From NCBI GenBank assembly GCA_964247055.1, contig OZ176050.1:4340001-4404000 (forward strand): DNA of 64,000 nucleotides, in the 5' to 3' direction. The DNA comes from Paragordius varius (taxonomy: Eukaryota > Animalia > Nematomorpha). Under the pieces are notes generated by a model, which ran no database searches, had not been told where the DNA came from, and worked only from the letters and a program-made list of their open reading frames with translations. Shown here one piece after another: positions 27,870 to 39,902 of the stretch (within the stretch, counting starts at the first letter, position 1; every line of letters starts with the position of its first letter). The position numbers and the translations under genes were made by a program.

Positions 27870-29190
27870 CTTTTATGTATTTTAGAGCGCTAATTTATTA
27901 GTTGATTGATAGTAAAATGCGGTTATCGGCTTGATCTTATCTGACCCTAAGGATATTTGCCCGGCATAATAAAAAATATAAATTGTGCTATTTATTAATA
28001 TATTTTAAGATTGTGCAGAAAAATTTTGTCAAAACGGAAAATAAGAAGCCAGCATAAAGGATTTATTACTGAAATCCTTGTTTTAAAATATTTTTATATT
28101 TTAAGATATGTGATTTATTTATTAACATTAAAACGGACTTACAAAACTCAAAATAATTATAGTTAATTAATTAATCTTTCAATTTAACGATTCAAATATT
28201 AGTTGTATAAATAATATGTAATATTATTGGTAATTTGTTGATTCAGTATGGATCTAATGTCATATATCCCTAAATGAATTTCCAAATAACTTTAAATGCA
28301 AATAAAAAAGACGATTTTATATTAACTCTTTGTAATTACTGTATCATAAAATATATATATCATGTCAAATGTTGGGTAAGGTGTTTATTGAATTGACAAA
28401 GTTACCCGCTTTCAGAATGTAAAATTGGGTCTTATCGCATTAGAATTATGGCTATGTGCATTGCATTTTATATGGTCGATTAAATTGAAAATATCAAACA
28501 ACATTAAATTTTTTAGTTTTAAAGCTTATATATGAAAACCTTTTTATTAAAATTATTTTTAAAAAATACTATGAAGTATCAAAAAACCAACCTGATATGA
28601 TTTGAATATGGTGGTATTATTGTAAATATATTGGGCAAAGAATGAATTATTGATAGCCATCAAATCTTGCTTACACATTTTAAAAAATAAGTTATATTTT
28701 CTTTCCGTAAAGCCCTAAATAAAAGTTTGAATAAAACGATCTGACAAATTATTTATTTTATATGTTAATGTTTTCACGATTGATGACAGCTGATCGGATA
28801 AATTAATTTATGGGTTGCAATCTCCTGATATCCAAATGACAGACTGGCATTTTCCAATATTAAAAAACTGGATAAATAATTTGAATTTAGAATGAGGTAG
28901 AAATTTATTAAATTTTTTATGGTTATAACGGGAAGTGAGCAGATTCCGAACCACAAAAACGCATGATAGGAGCTTTTAAGACTGCGACTAAATTACTCAG
29001 TGCCTTGATTAACTTAACTCTGTTCTCATCGGTATGAAATAAAGCGCAAACCTTGTTAGCAAAAGGCTGATAACAAATAAAGGGTGTAACGGAGGATTGT
29101 CGGCCACCTTCCGTCAAAGCACCCTCTACCTACCCGCGCATTGGAGCTTCAGAGCGGGGAGTCACACCGGGTGTTGGGTTTGATGCTATA

Positions 29191-30695
29191 CCATTTCCCA
29201 ATCAAAATAAACGTTTTCTCAGTCAATCGAAACATTTTCCCAATCAAACGAAACGTTTTCCCAGTCAATCGAAACGTTTTCCCAGTCAATAAAAACGGTT
29301 TTATTTTTGATGATAAATATCAAAACAAGAATTTAAAAACAACTTTAAACCATTATTAGCGTAATATATGGAGATAATTTTTAATTAAAAACACAATTAT
29401 TGAACGACAATTTTTCCAAGTATATTCCAGTGCACAATCATTAATGACTTATTCTTTAAATGTTATATTTTTGGAATTTGAGTTAAGATAATATTTTTTA
29501 TTTTACCGATGGTTCGCAATAATATTTGGGGAACGCTTCACAACAGTTTTTAAATATGTCAGGTTTGTCGATAAAAATACTATGGGAAAAAATATCTAAA
29601 CGAAAATTTTTTTTGATAAAAATGTTTTGGATTTAAAAATATTTAATAAAAAGGATATTTGACTAAAACAAGGGTGTCCAACCTTCGCCGGCCGCATTTT
29701 TAATTCAAAAAGCACACGGTTCCCCATTCGAAATATATACGGGCATTCACATAATTTTTTGATTAATAAGACTGTAAAATACAAACACAATGTAACAATT
29801 TTTTTAATTCGTTACCAATTTAATAGACTCATTCATAATAATTGCGTAAGAAATATGAATATTACTAAGATTTTGTGGGCATATTTTTGCATATAGATTT
29901 CTAAAGTTTTTGCTGGCCGCACCTCGGAAGGCCGCCTTAGGCCCCAACCAAATGTTAAATATTATAAAAGGGTAAAATTTATGTTTAAGATCTAATATAA
30001 AGTGTTAAATGACCTTTGTGATAAAAATGGTATATTTAATTCCTCCGTAACTATAGATTTTTTAAGTTAGCCACAAATATTAATGCGAACCATTGGTAAA
30101 ATAAAAAATATTATCTTAACTCAAATTCCAAAAATATAACCTTTAAAGAATAAGTCCATAATGATTGTGCACTGGAATATAATTGAAAAATTGTCATTCA
30201 ATAATTGTGTTTTTAATTAAAAATTATCTCCATATATTACGCTAATAATGGTTTAAAGTTGTTTTTATATTCTTGTTTTGATATTTATCATCAAAAATAA
30301 ACCGTTTTTATTGACTGGGAAAATGTTTCATTTGACTGGGAAAATGTTACGATTGACTGGGAAAACGTTTCGATTGAGTGGGAAAATGTTTCGATTGACT
30401 GGGAAAACGTTTCGATTGACTGGGAAAACGTTTCGATTGATTGGGAAAATGTTTCGATTGACTGGGAAAACGTTTCGATTGACTGGGAAAGCGTTTATTT
30501 AGACTGGGAAATGGTATATATCTTATTTTGATATTTATCATCGAAAATAAAACCGGTTTTATTTACAGGGATAACGTTTTTATTGATTGGGAAAATGTTT
30601 TTATTAACTGGAAACATGTTTCGATTGACTGGGAAAATTTGACTGGGAAAACGTTTCGATTGACTGGGAAAACGTTTATTTTGACTGGGAAATGG
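29191..30695. mobile_element. Foldback element with long inverted arms tipped by a 21-bp minisatellite
   Basis: Arm 29191-29530 is the reverse complement of 30072-30514. The outer parts consist of TTGACTGGGAAAACGTTTCGA units (~5 left, ~10 right). An extra duplicated arm tip lies at 30520-30695. The spacer contains a hAT-like end (AAGGGTGTCCAACCTT, ~29671). Confidence 0.8.
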
Positions 30696-30934
30696 TTTAT
30701 CTACATATTTAGTATCTAAATTCATAAACAAAAACCTTTATGTTAGGTGTGTTATTGTAATTAATTTGGTTAATAAACTATAATATATATATGTACATTA
30801 AAAATGTAAATATCGCCATGGTGAGAATGTGAAAGTAATATTACAGTGTTTTGCTTCTTACTCCTTAAAGTAATGTCAAAGGTCTATGCGAGTCAAAAGA
30901 ATTTATTTTAAGATAATATTTTTGGTGAAAAAAA

Positions 30935-32874
30935 AACCCCAAATTAACGGCTAATAAAAAACGCCTGACCTTAATTTTTACCTATTACGGGTAACATTTC
31001 CAGCTTTTAATGAGCTAATATGGCTTCACAAATATTCTGTAAATTAGCTCCAAAACAACGCAATTTCTATATAGTGACACAGTTTATGGCGGGTAGCTCA
31101 CCCAGGAGCAGGTATAAAAAAAGCGTTGGGCAAAATTTTTGCCTTTATATGGGGAATATCTGGAATTATTATAAATTCCATAAATCCCTGTAAGTTCTTG
31201 GAAATATTAGATAATACTTAAAAATTGTTTTATGGCGACGCATTTTTCAGGGCGTAAAACTTTGCTTAGCGACTCATTTAAATAACCCTTATCTAAAATA
31301 TTTGTTTTTAAGGGGTAATATATATTTTAAGCCCTTTTAACTCACATAGTCTCCTAGGTTTTCTGAAATTTGGCTCCAAAGGCATGCTGTATCGATATGG
31401 TGACGCAGTTTTACGCGGATAGCACTAACCAGGAGCGAAACAAAAAAAACAACGCTCGATTAAAATTTTTGTCTTAATTCGGGTAATAACTGGAAGCATG
31501 ATTGAATCCATATGTGCTTGAGGTATTTTCAAAAAATTGCCTACCAAAAAGTCATTCTATGGTGGCGTATTTTCCTAGGGGAAGGGCCTAATTAAGAAGT
31601 AATTTAATAAAACGCTCTACTTAAATTTTGCATTTTACGGGTAATATTTCAAGTCCTTATTGATTTCATTTGGCCTGATTTGCCTCCAAAGTCACACTGT
31701 ATAGATATGGTGGCGCAGTTGTGGGCGGGTAGCCCTTTACTCAGAGGCCAATATAAAAAAGACGTTCGATAAAAATTTTTGCCTTTATAAGGGGAATACC
31801 TGGAATCATTATTCATTCCATATCTTCTTAATAGTTTTTGGAAGAATGGCTTTAAAACTATATATTAGTCAAATGATAGCGCATTTTTTAGGGCGTAAAG
31901 GGCCTAACGGCTAATTTAAAAAAACCGCTTGACTTAAATTTTTTACGGGTAATATTCAGGCCTTTATTAAACTTATATGACCTGATAAGCTTTCTGAAAA
32001 TTAACTCCTAAACAACGCAATTTTGATATGGTGGCGCAGTTTTAGGCGGGTAGCTCCCTACCCAGAGACTGATACAAAAAAAGCGCTTGATTACAATTTT
32101 TGCCTATTTACGGATAATACCTGTAATTATGATTGATTCCATATGTTCTTTAGTTTTTGGAGAAATTGCCTCACTAAAAAATCTATGGTGGCGCATTTTT
32201 CAGGGCGTGAAGACCTTAAATAACGGCTAATTTTAAAAGCCCGCGCTACCTAAATATTTCACTTGTTACGGGTAATATTATAAGCAGCTATTGAACTTAT
32301 ATGGCCGGATAGGTTTTCTGTAGTATACCCCCAAAGGCACGCAATTTCGATACGGGGTAGTTTTTAGCGGATATCTCCTTACCCAGGAGTCAATATATAA
32401 AAAACGCACGACTTAAATATATGCCTTTTAACAGGAATACTTGGAATCCTCATTATACGGTCTATTACTCTGAGCGAAATATAGATTAAAAAAATTATTT
32501 TTGTGGACTTAATTTTTTTGAAAAAAATGGCATTTTACGGGAGGAGCGGGTAAAAAGAGGGCCTAAATTAAAAGAGTGAGCCATCTATGTTCGGCAATCA
32601 AAAAAAATAAAATCATATTTAAAATCGAATGGTCCAACACCTTTTCCGGAAAATTGTCTCAAAAACACGATTTTTGTGGACTTCTGTTTTCAAAAAAACC
32701 CGTTTTTAACACGGGGTGGGCCCGAACTGGAAGCCTAATTCAAAAAAGGACGAAGCTATTGTCGGGGCATTCATTAATGATTATATTTTTTTGATATTTG
32801 GATTTTAATGGGTTTACCGGTTTTCCGGAAACAGATCACAAAGCCAGCATTTTCCATTTTTATAAATATATAGA
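30935..32874 (-). mobile_element. Non-autonomous Helitron, copy C (3'-truncated), with ~10 tandem ~160-bp monomers
   Basis: Reverse-strand A|TCTATATATTTATAAAAATGG at 32874 with the family 5' module and the same array as copy B. No CTAG/hairpin end found. Confidence 0.8.
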
Positions 32875-35415
32875 TAAGACAGCAACTATTTACATTTTTA
32901 TAATTGCAAGACGAGATTCAGTAACAATTTAAAATTTTATAGTTTTCAAACCCCTTTTTAGATTTTAAGAAAAAGCATCCTTGAAATAATTTTAGGACCC
33001 AAATACTTCTTCTGTTGATAGATATAATGAAAAATGCACCAACTAGAGTTGAGCCACTTTTGATATGCCTTTCAATTAAGCGCCACCTCCCTGGGAAAAT
33101 AGGCGTGATTTATAAAATTCATCAAAAAATCGTGTCTTTTCAACATTTTTTCGGGTTATGCTGGCCTAATTAATTTTATTAATAATACAAACTATTATTT
33201 TAAAGAAAAAGCCAAGCATAGTGTAGGCCCGATTTGGAATTAACGCCTAAATATCATTTTTGCAAAAACGCGAGTCCTAAAAAATATTTTTTAAATGCAG
33301 TAAAAATTGAAATACGGACAAAACATAAAAATGTAATATTTTTTTCAAAAGACCGCTACACCTTTTCTTTAATCTAACTCATTGTTTTCATTACTACTGC
33401 ACAATCAAATATATGTTTTACAATTTTAAATAAATAATTTAGATTGGATAAATAAGTTTAAAAATTTTTGAATATATGTTTTTATCAGGGTTTCGAATTG
33501 GTTCCAAAAAAAGTGGAACTGTAACCAGGGGTGATTCATGGACGGTTGGAACCGGAACAGCCCTGATTCTCAAGAATATTAAAATGGAACCGGGTGGTTC
33601 CTTTAATTTTGGAATAGGAACCGGTGTGGTTACTGAGGAAGTGGAACAGGAACGGGTTTGTTTCAACCCAATGGAAGCGGGTTCTGTATCAAAGCCCCCC
33701 TGGTTTTTATGTTTTGTCTGTATATTTTTAATTTTTACTCTAATTTATTTATTACTATGAGGCAATAATCAATATGGCTTTCTACTTGTGGAACTCTGCT
33801 GCTTGGAGGGAGCCGAGTGTAAAAACCAAAATTTAAGCGCATTTCATTTATCATCCATCCTCTTCCCAATGCGCTACCATATAAAAATAACGAGGTTTTA
33901 ATATAAATTTCTCCCAAATTATGAAATGGATTCAATAAAGTTTTAGCTATTTCCAATACAGCAAAAAATTTTAGCCCTCTTTTTTAAAGAGCCCATCATA
34001 AGCTTTGATATTCGCCCAAGTTAAGAAACCACATCAATTCAATAATGCTGCTAAGTATATCGCGTAATATCAAATAGCCACGATATAAAAACAGTGTGGA
34101 TTTGATGTATATTTTCAGAAAACCTCTGAAACCATAACTTTCAATATTCTATTTGGTATTTACCGTTGAGGGCTAAAATATTGGTCAAGTTTGGCAGTTT
34201 AGTAGGTCTTAACCTACAGTAAAAACAATTTAATTTCACATTCTACTACTCGTATTCCATTTGTGTTTATGGTGCACGGCAGGTAAAATAAAAAACACAA
34301 ATTCGTTTTTTATCTGATAAATTTCAATTTAACAATTTTTATATGTGAACAATGTTAAAAATCGCTCTGCGGTCATAAAATCTCCAAAAGGTAGGGCAGT
34401 ATTAGATGTAAAAACAACCATATATACTTTTGTTCATTATCTAATTTAATTGGTCCAAATGGCGGTTTAATTACAAAAGCTAATTAAGTTAACTGTATTA
34501 TGTATAATCTTTGACTGTTAAACATATAAGTTAATTTTATTAGTTTTACTTCATTAATTATTGAAAACTAATAACTCTTTAGATTTTCGTATCTAAATCA
34601 TATCTGTATATGATAAAATACCTCTTAATAGACCTAATTTTATTGAAACTAATTTGATAATCATTGTAAATTGTACCGATTTTTTATTTTTATTAAATAT
34701 ATTAATAATTTATTTTTAGCATCATTCTATGCTAATATTAGTCTAAAATATATGATATAGGTGTAAATGTTACAATGTAAAGAAAGCTTCAAATACATAT
34801 ATGGGAAATTTATGCCTTCCCAATGTTTTTTGCCAATCACCGTTACAAGACAAATAATTATATATACTTTAATGATATTTACCATTTTTTTCATTAAAAC
34901 ACCTTAACCTGTCTAATTATATGTATATATTTTTTGAAATTTAGTCGCAATCTTTAAACAATATATATACCTAAAAATTGTCACTAAGGTAGTCAATGGT
35001 AACCAAAATAAGAAAAATTTATCATTTTTTGTGATTAATGTTAATATTTATCTTTTACATATCGCCCAATTCAAATAAAAGGGCTTCAAAGCTGAACCTA
35101 ACATTTATTATGTTGCACTTACATAAATAGTTGCCAATTATCGATTTTGATTATGCATATTTAAATTCTACAATAAAATGTAATGTAATATATGTTATAG
35201 CGTAATAAAACATATATGTATGTGTAAAATGCTAATTCATTGTACCCATGTCCTTAAAATCCCATTACACAAAGTAATTGTTAAAATCAATTGTCGACAA
35301 AACAATCAAATAGGTATTTTTGGTCTAAATATTAAGAGTGATAAAATAAAAATTATCAGATCTTAATTTATATAAATTAGGTTCCCATACCCTTTTAAAT
35401 ATACATTATGAGTAA

Positions 35416-36401
35416 GGCCCATGTAAAATTACTAAAATCGAAGTGAATGAGCCTTCCATCATGTTGGAATTATTGAGCCTGTTTTTTTTCAGGATTAAGG
35501 TTATTACAAAAGCGGATATCCCGAGAACTGAAAGAATTTTTGGAAGCCGAAAACTGTATTAACCTAAATAAAGTAAATTTAATCTATGTATATGATAGGT
35601 TTATGGAAACTTTGGATATGCATCAAAAAATATTTTTTGGGCAAATGTTTACTGAAGGTTATAATGTTTAAGTCTTATATTTTTATATATTTAGGTAAGA
35701 AATAGTAAATAAATTTATAAGCTAGTCTTTCGACTGAATATTTAGAATATCCTTTATAATAACTACAGATATATTTTCTCAAAGATCTAGAATATGTCAT
35801 ATTTTTCCATCCTCACTTGAAACTATTCTAAATGGTAATACCATCAGGAACACTATCGAGTATTTTAAAATTTGGTTTATTTTAGACATGTATCTCTCCC
35901 ATATACTTATTATGCATCTAAAAGCGATAGGTAACATCATTAGAAATCCCTATATCAGATCAGACACCTACATCTAACAGTCAGGCAAAGAAGATCGGAG
36001 AAACGAAATAATAAGACAATTTTATTAATACTTTATTTTTACGCAATAAATGAATATATTTTTATTTAAGTATCAAAATTATATTGATAACATATATCGA
36101 TCACCTTGGTTGCTTTCTATCTCAAATCAGTCATTTCTTTGGCTAAAGCCTTCCAGTCCTTAAGCTTATAGCCATTGCTAAATTTTACGTTATATAGAGA
36201 TGCACGGATATCTACAAATTATTTGAACAAAACTTGTTAATAAGACCCACATATAAATCGCGAGTAGAACTGTTTTCCATCATATTGATAAAAAAATTGA
36301 AAATTCCCGCCTCAAAAACTCAATCACCTCCCTCAAACATATGTTTCTTCATAATCCTTAATCCAGGTGATTGAGCTTGAAAAAGCTCATTCACATGGCC
36401 C
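35416..36401. mobile_element. PIF/Harbinger-like non-autonomous element
   Basis: TAA|GGCCCATG...CATGGCCC|TAA, i.e. a 3-bp TAA TSD. The GTGAATGAGC subterminal motif occurs at both ends and in the related element at ~53600-53810. Confidence 0.6.
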
Positions 36402-36414
36402 TAAGTATACATTA

Positions 36415-36577
36415 CAAAGTTATTAATTATTGCCATAAAGCACACACAACAAAGGGCAGTATTATTAGCTTATAGTTATTTTTTTGGCTTTTTAATATTA
36501 TTAGCCAATAATAACTCTTTTTGCTGCATGTGCTATGACAATAATTAATAACTTTCTAGCAATATACCTACTCATCT

Positions 36578-36580
<3 letters not shown>
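36415..36580 (-). mobile_element. Short Tc1/mariner-type MITE (185-bp family), degenerate copy
   Basis: Reverse-complement homolog of 56831-57015 and 59557-59751. Confidence 0.6.
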
Positions 36581-36610
<30 letters not shown>

Positions 36611-38774
36611 GCATGTAGTATGGGTAAAAATAGAAGCATAAAATTAGTTTTTTTTGTTTGCTGTTTTGTGGTTAGGCCTCATTTACATGGGTGTTGTGTT
36701 GGTGTAATGACCTTCGTGTAGTGCTCTCTTAACTGGTACATATCAACTCATTTTTATGTTTATTTAATTGTATAAAAAACCAGTTCAAATTCGTTCGTTC
36801 TTATGTCAACATTATAAACTATTTCTTAGGGGAGGGTCTTTGATATAACATAGATCTTTTGAGGTCGATTTTATTGTTGAGCGACACCAAAGATGGTGGT
36901 TACATCTATATGACACATTTTGTCTTAAAATAGAACCTAGATTACACAAAACATGGTGTTCCTATAATATTATAATGATGTAAAGTTAAAAATTAAAATT
37001 AATGATACAAAAATATATGAAAATAGTTTTTTTTCACATTATAAAATTATATGATTCAAATTGGCTCAAATTGCAAAATATTTCATTATTATCATTTTTT
37101 GTTATCTTTTAGTGAAACCCTATTTATTTGTTATCATTATTATTATTGCGGTGTGTCTAAAAATACACACTACACCACACATTGATGTTTTTAATGTATG
37201 TGTTTTATGCTGACACATTAAGTAAACCCAATAACATGTATTAATTATTAATAATAATATTGTACGGGTTATATTTATAATTTATGATGAATAATGGGGC
37301 ACAAAATATAATATTGTGTACTTTTATTGTATTGTAATATAATTTATGTAATAAGGTCGCACATATATACATACATTTATCATTGCTCTACCCGTATATA
37401 ATAATTTTCTTTGAGTGTTTTATTTGATTCGAAAAAATAATTATCAAATAAAATTTTGAATATTTTAAAGTCATCACATCTCATATAATCCTATTTTTTC
37501 AGATCTCAAAATCATTCCGCCAACGTTTTATTAAGGTAAACTTATTTTTTTACAATTTATTCACAGTTTTATTATATTATCAATTCTATTATCACCAGCA
37601 AATTTATAATCAAAGGAGTGGTTAACACTTTAAAAAATTAAAAATAATTATTTTATGCACTAATCAGTAAGGTTGTCACCTATCAGATTATGTTGTTTTC
37701 ATAATCATAAGTTTTTGGTTTTCCCATTCATATACTCAACTTATGAAAACTATAATGAATAGAGAAAAAGTTAAGTATATTTTTCGAAACACTTACTATA
37801 ACCAATAATATAAATGTTATCCATGTATTAGTATTGTTTTGATTTTACTTCATTTTTATCGACTTTAAAACGCCATTCCCCATTTGTTAGATCGAACATA
37901 GTTAGTTGTTTGGTTGGTGATAATTTACTATTTATATAATTTGCTATTTTAATAAAACTATTTTATTTGACAAATCTATGGGGGTGGGACTTGTTATAAC
38001 ACACAATTTTGTATTAGTGTATAAGCCAAATTATCTATAATGAAATGATTGGACATGACAACCTTGATTATTATTTTATTAATGTTATTTTTTATATGGA
38101 GCTTATCCTTGAAGAAATCATTTACATATCTGACCTCATTTACGGGCAACAAAAACAATAACCTTGTATTCAATATAGCATAGTCCTTTTACACATTAGC
38201 CTTTATAAATTATTTAATTTAATATTTTATAATTTTATGACTTATACATCTTTTATTATTTACACATTATTGATATTTGTGTATATTTCATCATGTATCT
38301 TTCCATCTAGCTATTATAAGCTCTTTCGGGCCAAAATATAATTGTCATAATTCCAAACATGCGATGTGATAACAGTTTTTTAACACAGAGAGGTATAAGG
38401 AAGTATATATTTATCAAAAACTAAAAATCATTATGTTAAAATTACTTAAAGTTAAACATACAGGAGTATAGCCAACGAAAGACATTTAAAATATATATGG
38501 TATATGAAATCAATTTATGTTTGTATATATAATCTATATTTGAAATATCATGATATATAAAATGGTTAATTTTATTTAAAATAACTTACCAATGAAATCT
38601 TAAAGTAGTATAGCGATTTGTTAAATTCATCAATAGTATTCTCAGAAATGTTTCATACTTGTTAATACTCATCACTAAAATATAACGATAAGATATAAAT
38701 TTCCTATATTTTACCATTGCAATAATTATAATAAAATTTAAATAAAAAGAAAATATACTGAATATTTTCACATA

Positions 38775-39902
38775 CCCGGTGTTTTATAGTTCTCACCGAC
38801 TGAACGAAAAATGGGCAGACGATTAATTTGATCAGACCATGTTTTAATCATTTAACATAACTATACACACAGACACACAAAATTGAAGTCTACCAAAATC
38901 TACGTCTTATTTTAATTTTTTTCCTGAAAGAACATTGCGGCTCGCATTGCTTATGTCAGTTCATCTGAAAAAGGCTGTTAAAAGTCGATTTTCTGGTAGA
39001 AAACGTGAACAATGGTTTTAGAAATTTAAAAAGTTGTGATATCGATGTAAAAGAAGTCGGACCTTTGGTAGACGACATAACTGCCAAGATGATCAATTCT
39101 TAGATGATGCACTCAAACTCAACAGCAATTGGCAGAAGATTAGTGTGTATCATAAAAATCAGTATACGTCTACCAGCAATGGGAACCAATAAACTCGGTT
39201 ATTGAGATATCTGAATAAATGTCAATTTAAAAATCGCAAAGTGACTGTGAAGTCCTGCTTTAACGTCACAAAAGCAATCATTTTTGCATCGAATTGTGAC
39301 AGGTGATGGGAAATGACTTAATTTTTTAAATCCAAGGCCGAAAAATTATGGCCTTTATCTTGCTGAGCCTTCCATCCATAGCAAGGCCAAACTTTGGCTA
39401 GAAGGCCATTCTCTATGCCTGGTGGGACCAAAGCGATTGTGAGTTCGAACTTTAAAACACCGACCTATAAATACACAATAGACAACAATTATTAATTTAA
39501 ACCATGCATAATCAAAACCAACCCGAATGAGTTAACATGTCAAAGTTATTTCGCTATAACACAATCTCCGTCTCACGCAGCAGACCAACATCTTACATTC
39601 ACTTCAATGAGAATTCTTTCCGCATCCGCTGTACTCTCCTGACCTGGCGCCATTTAATAATACCCCGTCACATCAATGATGGACACGCTCTCAGAACAGC
39701 ACCAATAATTAATGACGTTGGAAAATGGCTTGACAAATGTTTTTCCAAAAAAGACAATCACCTTTCCTGTGTCGTTCATATATTACCTGAGAGATGAGCC
39801 GAATGTCTAGAGGCCTATGGACAATATTTTTTATAAAATAAATAATCATTTCAAAATTACATTTTTAACTAAAAAATCGTATAAACTTATGATTGCACCT
39901 GG
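38775..39902 (+). mobile_element. Decayed mariner transposon (transposase pseudogene)
   Basis: TA-flanked with weak TIRs CC(C/A)GGTG. Frameshifted mariner motifs appear in the expected order: QWFxKFKSCDIDV, FLHRIVTGDGK, HPLYSPDLAP, KWLDKCFSKKD, HILPER*AECLEAYGQYF. Confidence 0.85.

Noticed and set aside
30278-30731. Repetitive ORFs (LTGKTFR)n / (SQSKRFP)n, and the (FELFEGE)n ORFs at 55970-56273
   Set aside because: These are in-frame readings of 21-bp minisatellites, open in several frames and on both strands, with no splice context.
34464-34480. GGTTTAATTAC match to the nematode SL1 spliced leader
   Set aside because: Only 11 nt match; no CCAAGTTTGAG|GT continuation or Sm site follows.
35680-35700. 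TTTAG|GTAAG candidate recursive splice site
   Set aside because: It lies inside the Harbinger-like element, and no enclosing intron can be shown.
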